A stretch of DNA of 13,164 nt from Candidatus Heimdallarchaeota archaeon (GTDB taxonomy: Archaea > Asgardarchaeota > Heimdallarchaeia > Heimdallarchaeales > Heimdallarchaeaceae): NCBI GenBank assembly GCA_016839945.1, contig JAEOTE010000093.1:1-13164 (forward strand), written 5' to 3'. A model generated the notes under the pieces. The model saw only the letters and a list, made by a program, of their open reading frames with translations. It searched no databases and was not told where the DNA came from. Of this stretch, positions 1 to 7,595 are shown piece by piece (within the stretch, counting starts at the first letter, position 1; each line of letters opens with the position of its first letter). The translations under genes were made by a program, and so were the position numbers.

Positions 1-66
1 TATAGTCCTTTACTCAAAAATAAAGTTTCTCAAATAGTTAATGATCTAGTTCTATTATTTCCAAAA

Positions 67-399
67 ATGGAAGAAGAACTAGAACAACTGCAAGAAAAAG
101 CATTTTACTTAGTTGATGAACGAATAGTTCCTCGAATTAATGTTGATGACGCTGCTCTTGTAATAGTTTCTTCATTATTACCTTACTTTATTAAAGATAA
201 AATCTTGATGAATACTTTCTGGTTAATAATTGAAGATAAATTCAACATCGAACTAGACTTTCTAAGAAGAAAAGTCTATCGTTTTCGTTCGCTTTTGAAA
301 ACGAAAAATATGAATGGTCTACTAATAGGTTTGGGTTCAGAAGTGGAAGAGAGATGCGAAATAGATGAGTGTACCTCCAATAATAATAAATATGTATGA
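67..399 (+). CDS. Hypothetical protein (110 aa)
   Basis: ATG-initiated ORF with protein-like helical composition. Its stop (397-399) overlaps the start region of the next gene, suggesting coupling. No family motif recognised. Confidence 0.55.
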   Translation: MEEELEQLQEKAFYLVDERIVPRINVDDAALVIVSSLLPYFIKDKILMNTFWLIIEDKFNIELDFLRRKVYRFRSLLKTKNMNGLLIGLGSEVEERCEIDECTSNNNKYV

Positions 400-1108
400 A
401 GCGTTAGTAGGAATATTTACTGGAACAATTAGGATTACTTTCCTCGTTATATTAGTCCTTTTTATCACCAAATTTCTATGGGATCTAATAACAGATTGGC
501 TTTTTAAGAATATCAAGAAGTATCTGAACTATCTAGCTTTTCCTGGTGCTTTTATGCACCAGCTTTTTCATTCATTAGCGATTAAGATGCTAGGGTATAA
601 GGTAAAAGTCAACTTTCATATGAGTTTTAGCTTAAGAGATGTAACGTCGCAGAGCCTATCTGGTGAATTAAAAAATGTATGGCATGCGTGGATTATTGGT
701 GTAGCGCCTATATGCAACTTTGGAATAGCTGCTCTTCTCATTTACTTTCATCCAGATTTCAAAGAATTCTTCATTTGGATTGATTTTCCTTATGGTCAAT
801 GGATTATAGCTTACCTAATTTTTTGTTTCATCTACTTTGGAATGCCAGACTTTTCAGATTTAATGCTACCATTTACAACATTAACTGCAAGGCATGTTGA
901 GCTTGTTTTCCTATTGATCGCAGGTTTCTTTTGCTTTGTTATTGCAGTAGGAGTTTGGGGTTGGTTAATTCCCTTAATCAATTTCCTTCTATATTGTATA
1001 GTGCTTATTTATCTTGCTCAGAAACAGTATTTTGAAAAAAGATTTAAACGAATCTCACGGGGTTTCGATGTTTACAATGTTGAAAAAAAAGAGCAGGAAC
1101 AACTATGA
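365..1108 (+). CDS. Multi-pass membrane protein of the M50-like/DUF3267-type zinc metalloprotease superfamily, with catalytic Glu replaced by Gln
   Basis: FPGAFMHQLFH..I..LG matches the PGxxxHExxH...G pattern. Downstream IIGVAP and GMPDFSD correspond to the AP and PSxxD motifs of this family. About 6 hydrophobic segments. Alternative in-frame ATG at 392. Confidence 0.7.
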   Translation: MSVPPIIINMYEALVGIFTGTIRITFLVILVLFITKFLWDLITDWLFKNIKKYLNYLAFPGAFMHQLFHSLAIKMLGYKVKVNFHMSFSLRDVTSQSLSGELKNVWHAWIIGVAPICNFGIAALLIYFHPDFKEFFIWIDFPYGQWIIAYLIFCFIYFGMPDFSDLMLPFTTLTARHVELVFLLIAGFFCFVIAVGVWGWLIPLINFLLYCIVLIYLAQKQYFEKRFKRISRGFDVYNVEKKEQEQL

Positions 1109-1168
1109 GCCAGTACAAAGATTTTTATCTTTAAATCTCCCTATTTCATATGTTTCATTTAACTATTT

Positions 1169-1176
1169 AAGGTGAT
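1169..1176 (+). promoter_or_regulatory. Shine-Dalgarno-like site AAGGTGAT
   Basis: Same AAGGTGA motif as the one before tdh (8756-8762). The reading frame of the 1230-2114 ORF is open from 1176. Confidence 0.55.
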
Positions 1177-1229
1177 GTCTGATTAAGCTACCAGTAACAT
1201 TTGAAGCTGATACAACAACTGGAAACAGA

Positions 1230-2114
1230 GTGACTATCCCTGCATTTTTGTCATTTATAGAAGGCGGGGATAGAGTTGTGGGATATGTTCAGCTTATTGA
1301 TGGAGATGAAACTTTCCATTTTGAGAAAAAAATGTCCACTTTTCGTCATATTACTATAGGTTTCATAAGAAGTTCTCTTCCAGGAAAAGAGTTACCTAAT
1401 AGAGTTAAAATCACGATTCAGTATGTTCATAAAGCTGTTGAGGAAGGATTGAGTTTCAATTTAGTTGGTTATAAGAAAGACGATGGAAACTATATAATGA
1501 ACTATTCAACAGCTAAACCAAATTCTTCTATTCAGTTTAGATTGGATACTTTTACTGAAGAGTTTGTAAGTGGATATTTTGAATCCAAAAATACTGAAGT
1601 TAATCTTTTCTTAGATCCTATTTATGATGAAGAGAGCAAGAAATGGATAATTCCTGTATTTATCCCAATTCAAGATGAAATGGGAGGAAACATTCCTGTT
1701 ATTCTTTATCTTATTCTTATTCAAGACTACTATCAGAAATTCAATGATACATTTGAGAAAATCTCCAAACTTCTTCTTCGTTTTAGTAATTGGTTTTTCG
1801 ATATCAATGACTTCAATAAAGAAAACATGTCCAAATTATCATCACAGTTGAATGATTTATTAGATAAAAATATTGAACCTGAATATTTTGAAATGGGAAA
1901 GGTGCTTCAACTCCCAGATTTGGATAGAGGTATACTTGTTACTGTTTTGAAAGAACACAAAAGTGGAGGAATAACTCTCTCTTTACTTTCAAAACAACTC
2001 CAAGAAACACCACAGAATGTCTCAGCAAAAGTAGATGAACTGATTAAAAAAGGAATATTAAGGAAATACAAAGATAATGATCAGACAATTATTGACACTC
2101 TTTGGATTGTTTAA
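1230..2114 (+). CDS. Putative transcriptional regulator with a C-terminal winged helix-turn-helix and an uncharacterised N-terminal alpha/beta sensor region (true start probably 1179 or 1182)
   Basis: C-terminal LPDLDRGILVTVLKEHKSGGITLSLLSKQLQETPQNVSAKVDELIKKGILRK has MarR/TrmB-type wHTH spacing. No transmembrane segment. Confidence 0.7.
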   Translation: MTIPAFLSFIEGGDRVVGYVQLIDGDETFHFEKKMSTFRHITIGFIRSSLPGKELPNRVKITIQYVHKAVEEGLSFNLVGYKKDDGNYIMNYSTAKPNSSIQFRLDTFTEEFVSGYFESKNTEVNLFLDPIYDEESKKWIIPVFIPIQDEMGGNIPVILYLILIQDYYQKFNDTFEKISKLLLRFSNWFFDINDFNKENMSKLSSQLNDLLDKNIEPEYFEMGKVLQLPDLDRGILVTVLKEHKSGGITLSLLSKQLQETPQNVSAKVDELIKKGILRKYKDNDQTIIDTLWIV

Positions 2115-3205
2115 GGTATTATTTCAGTTGTGTTGTTATATGTAGGATAATTAAACATTTCTCGACTGATTATCCCTTTGTTAATAAGATCTTCAACTTC
2201 CGATTTAATTGCTGTTAATTCCTTTATTAGGTGCTTAACTGTTTTGCAGACTAACTCAAAACCTTCCTCTCCCCAAAGTTTGTACATATTAGCAAAAAGA
2301 CAACGACCTCCACAAAAATCATAAACATCACAAGTGTTACATGGTTCTTGGATTTTTACGGAATTCTTTATTTCATCAATTTTTGAGGTATAGATATCTC
2401 CAACCACTGTATGCTCATACTCTGGCGGTAATGGGCAAAACGTGATTTTTCCATCTGTTCTTATTGAAAAACTAGTTAAACCCGCCTGACACGGAAGATC
2501 TGTTTTAGTATTATTCAAGATATGCTTGAAAATTCCTATAAATGGTACTATTCCTTTAACCTCTCCTTCTCTCATCTTTTCTAACCAATACTGTATCAGC
2601 TTTGTTATTCCTTGTTTATATTCTTCTACCCAATCTGGAAAATCATCCCATCGTGTTTCCATCCCTTCATCCCATTGACAGTCAAGTTGGAAATGAACAT
2701 TATCAAAAGAAAGTTCTTCAGTATTCAGTAGATGAAGAACATCTTCAGATATGCTGGATCCTTGTGTAATTGCCATTCTAGCAACTAAATCACCCTTAAA
2801 ACCTCTTATCCTAATATCTTCAATATTCTTTGTTATTTCCTGATATACTCCTTTGCTTCTGTTTCGGTCAGTTATTGCTTTATCACCATCAAGAGATACC
2901 AGAATAGTAGATAAACGTTTTAATTGTCTAGTTGGGATTCTATGCATTAAAAGACCGTTAGTCTGTATAGTAAAATGCTCAGCTTCAATTGAATCCATAA
3001 TATTTTCTATTAAACTGAAATTTAGAAGCGGTTCACCACCATAAAATGCAATCGTTGGTTTCATATCTTGTTTCAAGAATTCTTTTAATTCTTCAACACT
3101 CCAGTCAGGCTCAATTGGGAGTAATGGAGAAGGTTCATTCTGACAATATTCGCAACATAAATTACAAGCATTTGTCGTAATAATGAACCAATTCGTTTTT
3201 ACCAC
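2111..3205 (-). CDS. Radical SAM/SPASM-domain protein, TIGR04084 (AF_0577) family
   Basis: CNLCCEYC (CxxxCxxC), FYGGEPLL, QTNG and VSLDG motifs; SPASM-like cysteines (CQAG, FCP, CNTCDVYDFCGGRC); C-terminal NNTTEIIP typical of this archaeal family. Confidence 0.9.
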   Translation of the reverse strand: MVKTNWFIITTNACNLCCEYCQNEPSPLLPIEPDWSVEELKEFLKQDMKPTIAFYGGEPLLNFSLIENIMDSIEAEHFTIQTNGLLMHRIPTRQLKRLSTILVSLDGDKAITDRNRSKGVYQEITKNIEDIRIRGFKGDLVARMAITQGSSISEDVLHLLNTEELSFDNVHFQLDCQWDEGMETRWDDFPDWVEEYKQGITKLIQYWLEKMREGEVKGIVPFIGIFKHILNNTKTDLPCQAGLTSFSIRTDGKITFCPLPPEYEHTVVGDIYTSKIDEIKNSVKIQEPCNTCDVYDFCGGRCLFANMYKLWGEEGFELVCKTVKHLIKELTAIKSEVEDLINKGIISREMFNYPTYNNTTEIIP

Positions 3206-3375
3206 TTCATGTGGTGAAAAACTTACCTAGTATATTTAGTTTACTCAACAAATAATAGTTTTTTAAAAAATTGTCAAGAAATTTCATTGGTGTTTTTATA
3301 CTTTAGTGAAAATATCCGATTTTTTAATATGGATTATTTTATATATGTCTTAACGAGAAATTAATTGAGAGAAAA

Positions 3376-3705
3376 ATGAGTCAATCTAATTTCTGTGAGT
3401 ACTGTGGAGCAAAAAACAAACCAGATAATAGATTCTGTGAATCATGTGGTCAAGCACTAATTGACTCTTCTGATTCTATTCCACAAACAAGCTCACAATA
3501 CACTCCTTATCAATCATCAAGAACTAGTGTAAGTACTTCTGGAAGTTATGATGCATTACCTAGCCAACAATCCCCTTATTTGCCACAAAAGAAGCCAGGA
3601 CTACCAAGTATTGTAAAAGCTTTGATCATAATTTTCTTTATTGGAATACCAGGTTTATTTTTCTTAATTTTCTTTGTACTTAGAGATCTTATTTTCCCGT
3701 ATTAA
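3376..3705 (+). CDS. Zinc-ribbon protein with S/T/P/Q-rich linker and C-terminal transmembrane anchor
   Basis: CEYCGAKNKPDNRFCESCG (zinc_ribbon_2 pattern), a low-complexity linker and a hydrophobic C-terminus. TATA-like TTTTATATAT lies about 30 nt upstream. Confidence 0.85.
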   Translation: MSQSNFCEYCGAKNKPDNRFCESCGQALIDSSDSIPQTSSQYTPYQSSRTSVSTSGSYDALPSQQSPYLPQKKPGLPSIVKALIIIFFIGIPGLFFLIFFVLRDLIFPY

Positions 3706-3774
3706 GCGATTTACATAAACACAACCTCATTCTTTCTCATTTTCTGAACATACTTTTAGCTTGCCTTCTACACA

Positions 3775-3785
3775 TTATATATATA
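3775..3785 (+). promoter_or_regulatory. TATA-box candidate for the transcript containing the 3814-3890 hairpin and the 3912 gene
   Basis: TTATATATATA lies about 30 nt upstream of the hairpin's 5' end. Confidence 0.4.
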
Positions 3786-3813
3786 GGAAATTTCAGTATG
3801 TAAACTTGGTTTC

Positions 3814-3890
3814 ACTGGGGTTAATATCTACTTGCTAATTATTTCTATATGGCAGATAGAAGTACAGCATTATAGTGTAAGTTAGCCAGT
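3814..3890 (+). other. Extended imperfect stem-loop (structured 5' leader or small RNA candidate)
   Basis: Nested pairings: ACTGG..TTAA (3814-3824) with TTAGCCAGT (3882-3890); CTA/TAG; TGCT (3833-3836) with AGCA (3866-3869); TATTTCTAT (3840-3848) with ATAGAAGTA (3856-3864); 7-nt loop ATGGCAG. Confidence 0.5.
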
Positions 3891-3911
3891 AGTCCTAATC
3901 ACTATCTTAGA

Positions 3912-4892
3912 GTGGATAGATTGAAGATACTAATAACAACAAAGAATGGGGAATTGTTATTTCAATATGACAGTTTTAGTGAGAGCCAGGTTCATGATAA
4001 CGCTCTAGTTACTGGTCTCATTAGTGCAATTGTAGCTTTATCCTCAGAAGTTGTTTATTCCTTCCCCAGAGAAATTGAATTTGAAGGGAAAATCCTCTAT
4101 TTCTACACCGAAAATGAATTTATTGCTGCCTTATTAGTAGATATTGAATCCCCGTTCAATGGTGATCTCCTTCCTATCCTTCTTGCTGAATTTAGATCAG
4201 TTCAAGAAAAACACAATTTCCATATGTTCCAAGCTTTAAGGTATGAAAAAGAAATTTCAGATAAAATTAAATCAGCTTTAGCTGAATACCTTTCCAATTT
4301 GCAAAATAATATGACATCGATACTTGAAAAAACAGATCTGACAGATTCTAAATCCATAATTAAGCTGAAAAACGTTGCACGAGATGTTATGTTTGATGGA
4401 CCACGAGAATTTCTTTCGTTTGATGTAATAAATCGTCTCTTACCTGAAGGTTTTGATAAAATGCTTTATGCTCTAGTTGTTGGTCACCCTATTGTTGTTT
4501 CAGGAAATAGAAGCATCGTAGAACCTATGATACACTCTTTACGCCTTCTTTCACCAACTAGAATGTTAAAAGTAAAGCAATGGTCATTTGATTACAAAGA
4601 TGGGTATGATATTCTCGGAACAAATAAAATTCAAGGTTTGATTCCATCTTACAACTTCCTAATTGCAAATATAGATGAAGGTGTAGTTTTTGGTGGAAAA
4701 TCCTCATCATATTTCCAGGATATATCCAAACAGCTTTCAAATCTAAATGCGATGGAAGCTTATACCTTACTTAGAACGGAATTAGATTGGATTTTCAAAG
4801 CTATGAAATCACTTTCTATCAAAGCTCACTCTAAAGATTCATTACCTCTTGAAAAACAAATGATACTATTCGAATTACTCAAGAGATTGTAA
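3912..4892 (+). CDS. Longin (uDENN)-plus-DENN-core-like protein (folliculin/SMCR8/C9orf72-like architecture)
   Basis: Residues ~1-125 show the longin/roadblock pattern (ILITTKNGELLF; ALVTGLISAIVALSSEV; short beta strands; closing helices). Residues ~170-300 contain FDKMLYALVVGHPIVVSGNRSIVEPMIHSLRLLSP...YDILG...LIANID, resembling the cDENN core, followed by a helical tail. Confidence 0.7.
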   Translation: MDRLKILITTKNGELLFQYDSFSESQVHDNALVTGLISAIVALSSEVVYSFPREIEFEGKILYFYTENEFIAALLVDIESPFNGDLLPILLAEFRSVQEKHNFHMFQALRYEKEISDKIKSALAEYLSNLQNNMTSILEKTDLTDSKSIIKLKNVARDVMFDGPREFLSFDVINRLLPEGFDKMLYALVVGHPIVVSGNRSIVEPMIHSLRLLSPTRMLKVKQWSFDYKDGYDILGTNKIQGLIPSYNFLIANIDEGVVFGGKSSSYFQDISKQLSNLNAMEAYTLLRTELDWIFKAMKSLSIKAHSKDSLPLEKQMILFELLKRL

Positions 4893-4937
4893 TTGAATAA
4901 GACTTATAATCATCTTTACAAAATTATAATTACCTAA

Positions 4938-5291
4938 ATGAGTTCTTCAAAGAAGCAAAAATTAATAGCTTGGACAAGTTCATTACGTTTTAAAAAACAG
5001 TCCTTAGCTGGTAAAATAATTCTATTCATTACTATTCTTTTGTTTGGAAGTTTTGTCATTTTTAACTTCTTCATACTTATTGTAGGTAGATGGGATGAAT
5101 TAGGAATTTATTCTATTTGGATCTTCTTTGGCTGGTTGTTTCTGATTGTACTAATTTATATAAGTGTTAAACTGATTTCTATGGTGGTGCATAGGGGAAG
5201 CATAGAAATCCAAGAAATGGAGAATAAGGAAAAACTTAATGATGGTGTAAAGTCTGAACATGATGAAGAAGTGAAGAATAATGATGCTTAA
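4938..5291 (+). CDS. Small membrane protein, 2 TM helices, basic N-terminus, acidic C-tail
   Basis: Two hydrophobic segments; ATG start; TTATAAT at 4904-4910 upstream; stop overlaps the next start. Confidence 0.8.
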   Translation: MSSSKKQKLIAWTSSLRFKKQSLAGKIILFITILLFGSFVIFNFFILIVGRWDELGIYSIWIFFGWLFLIVLIYISVKLISMVVHRGSIEIQEMENKEKLNDGVKSEHDEEVKNNDA

Positions 5292-5583
5292 GGTTACTCC
5301 CAAAAAAAATAAGTGGTATATGATTACAATTGGGATAATTTATGGACTTCTTATTGTCAGTATCCTTATTCTTGCTGCTTTTACTAGAGATACAGTGTTC
5401 TGGGTTATAGCAGTAATTATTGATATAGCAGTCATACTTCTAGGAGTAAGAGCTTTCATAAAGATGAATAAACCCCTCATAGTAACTCCTCCAATGGAAG
5501 GAGCTCTTGAGTACTATGGTGGAAAAACTAATAAAAGCGAAGAGAAAAGTGCCGAAGTGAATCCTGATGTTGAAGAACACTAA
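5281..5583 (+). CDS. Small membrane protein, 2 TM helices, acidic C-tail
   Basis: Two hydrophobic segments; overlaps both neighbours (start 5281 or 5284). Confidence 0.8.
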   Translation: MMLKVTPKKNKWYMITIGIIYGLLIVSILILAAFTRDTVFWVIAVIIDIAVILLGVRAFIKMNKPLIVTPPMEGALEYYGGKTNKSEEKSAEVNPDVEEH

Positions 5584-5827
5584 GAAACTGGGAGAAACAT
5601 ATATCGTTCTCTTATCGAGTCTCTTTATGTTGGTTGTGGGAGTAATCATTATCATGATTTTATTAGTTATTGAAAGAAATACTCTTGATTGGGCCCCTGA
5701 AATATGGGGAGTAGTCTTTTTTGTCTTAAGTTGTATTTTTGGCATCTGCTTCCATTTTGGTTATGAGATAATAAAGAAGATAAACAAAAAGAGAGAAGAG
5801 ACAGCTGAACCAAATGTTGAAGAATGA
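5567..5827 (+). CDS. Small membrane protein, 2 TM helices, acidic C-tail
   Basis: Two hydrophobic segments; 17-nt overlap with the upstream gene; same architecture as the two preceding ORFs. Confidence 0.75.
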   Translation: MLKNTKKLGETYIVLLSSLFMLVVGVIIIMILLVIERNTLDWAPEIWGVVFFVLSCIFGICFHFGYEIIKKINKKREETAEPNVEE

Positions 5828-5900
5828 CATCTATTGATGTTCGGAGGGTAATAAAGGAGTCTGACACAGCTTTAAATATCAAAGTCTTGATGTTAGATTG

Positions 5901-6146
5901 ATGTCTAATCCCGACAAAATACAGACCAACCGTGTTTTCGAGAAATCAATCCCACTTATACATAAATGCATGAATGAACGGGTTAGCATCACTTTGCTCT
6001 TATCAACCTTGAAACTGATAGAAAGGGGATTGATAAAAGAAGCCGATGACTTAGTCAAATTTATGGAAAGAAGGGCTGAACTAAATCCGAATCGATCACA
6101 AGATGCTCAAAGAATTCGAGAACTGATTCTTCAATTATACTTCTGA
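5901..6146 (+). CDS. Small soluble helical hypothetical protein (81 aa; ORF track start 5898)
   Basis: ATG at 5901 preceded by TATA-like TTTAAATA (5871-5878) at leaderless spacing; amphipathic helical composition; 16-nt convergent overlap with acdA. Confidence 0.65.
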   Translation: MSNPDKIQTNRVFEKSIPLIHKCMNERVSITLLLSTLKLIERGLIKEADDLVKFMERRAELNPNRSQDAQRIRELILQLYF

Positions 6147-7516
6147 AGCAACTTCTTTCTTTCCATAAGTACTTTTGCAGCAAAAGCTGCTTCTTTTGGT
6201 GAAAAGAAAATTGGTGCTTTTTCTTCTTCTGCTATCTTCTTTATTTCTTCAATCAGAAAACCACTCATGAATACAGGTAGAATAGGTTTCTTTCTTTGTG
6301 TTTCATTCCATGCTCTAATTACTCCTTTGAAATGTTCATCAGGTTGCATCTCAAGGAAAGTAGGTATAACACAACAAGGCGCAACAATATCGATGTTAGG
6401 ATCTTCTAACATGGCTTTTGTAACTTGATAAAATGATTCTCCATTAGCTCCAGCAATCATGTCTAGGGGGTTAACTTTCTTAACCAAAGGAATAACATAT
6501 GGATCAATTATTTGTTTGAAATCTTCAGAAAATTCCGCTAATTCCATATCCAATTCTTCAGCTGCATCACTTAATAAAACGGCACTCCCACCTGAGTTGG
6601 TTAAAATTCCTATCCTCTTACCTTCTGGTAATGGTAAGAAAGAGAATGCTTTGATAGCAATAATATAATCGTTAAGTGATTCACACAACGTTGCACCAGA
6701 TTGTTTTATAGCTGCTTTGAGCGAAGTATAATCTGTAGCTATAGAACCTGTATGAGAGCTAGCACTTTTCATTCCTGCTGAAGTTCTACCTCCTTTTAAT
6801 ATCACAGTTGGTTTTTCTTTTGCTATTTCTTTCATTTTTGTGTAGAATGCTCTACCATCTACAACATTCTCTAGATATATACAGACAACAGAAGTTGAAT
6901 CATCATTCTTGAAATAACCAAGTAAATCAGTCAAATTAACATCAGCCATGTTTCCTAGATTTGCAAATTTTGAGAATCCTAAGCCTTGAGACCACATCTC
7001 ATAAAGACATGCAGCACCAAAAGAACCAGATTGAGTCACCATACTTGTTGTTCCTTTCAATGGTGTTAATACGAAGGAAGCATTCATACCAATATCTAGG
7101 TTCATTAAGCCAACACAATTTGGACCAATGACTCTAATGTTAGCTTCTTTTGCTTTTTTCACCATTTCTTGTTCAATCTTCCTCCCTTCTTCATTTATCT
7201 CTGCAAAACCAGCAGAAACAACTATGATTCTTTTAACTTTCTTTTCGATGCATTGTTCAATAACTATAGGAACAGCTTTAGCAGGAACAAGAATAATTGC
7301 AAGGTCTACCTCTTTCTCTATATCGTTAATTGTTGGATAGCTTTTGAGTCCACAGATAGAATCAGCTTTAGGGTTTACTGGGAAAATCTCGCTCTCAAGA
7401 TTCTTATTTTCAAGTAAGTTCACTGTAACTGCATTTCCAAATTTTTTTGAATCTGCAGTTGCTCCAATAACTGCAATAGATTTAGGATAGAAGAATAGTT
7501 TAACCATAATTCTCAT
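6131..7516 (-). CDS. acdA: Acetate--CoA ligase (ADP-forming) alpha subunit / NDP-forming acyl-CoA synthetase alpha
   Basis: FFYPKSIAVIGAT CoA-binding start, SAGFAE, GPNCVG, QSGS, phospho-His motif ASSHTGS, TNSGG, NPLD. No fused ATP-grasp beta domain. Start may be ATG 7507. Confidence 0.92.
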   Translation of the reverse strand: MRIMVKLFFYPKSIAVIGATADSKKFGNAVTVNLLENKNLESEIFPVNPKADSICGLKSYPTINDIEKEVDLAIILVPAKAVPIVIEQCIEKKVKRIIVVSAGFAEINEEGRKIEQEMVKKAKEANIRVIGPNCVGLMNLDIGMNASFVLTPLKGTTSMVTQSGSFGAACLYEMWSQGLGFSKFANLGNMADVNLTDLLGYFKNDDSTSVVCIYLENVVDGRAFYTKMKEIAKEKPTVILKGGRTSAGMKSASSHTGSIATDYTSLKAAIKQSGATLCESLNDYIIAIKAFSFLPLPEGKRIGILTNSGGSAVLLSDAAEELDMELAEFSEDFKQIIDPYVIPLVKKVNPLDMIAGANGESFYQVTKAMLEDPNIDIVAPCCVIPTFLEMQPDEHFKGVIRAWNETQRKKPILPVFMSGFLIEEIKKIAEEEKAPIFFSPKEAAFAAKVLMERKKLLQKYN

Positions 7517-7595
7517 TTCAACAAAAAGTAATCACTTTTATTTCTTTCTTTGTGAATTGAAATTAATAAAATAAAATCGAATTTTTAGATATTGA

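Noticed and set aside
1171-1220. GGTGATG...GCTGAT resembling a fluoride riboswitch
   Set aside because: Lacks the P1 stem and pseudoknot complement; better explained as an SD plus coding sequence.
2853-3044. 63-aa + strand ORF
   Set aside because: Antisense shadow inside the radical SAM gene; no motif.
3309-3340. Imperfect inverted repeat AAAATATCC / GGATTATTTT in the divergent promoter region
   Set aside because: Mostly A/T and gapped; expected by chance in this base composition.
4558-4740. 60-aa - strand ORF
   Set aside because: Antisense to the DENN-like gene; no supporting signals.
4892-4937. Assumed co-transcription of the DENN-like gene with the 2-TM cluster
   Set aside because: Not established: the 45-nt gap has TTATAAT twice (4904-4910, 4924-4930) and may be an independent promoter.
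5440-5882. Two - strand ORFs (5440-5745, 5667-5882)
   Set aside because: Antisense to the coherent, translationally coupled + strand membrane genes.
6459-7417. Three + strand ORFs (6459-6668, 7128-7340, 7169-7417)
   Set aside because: Shadows of acdA.
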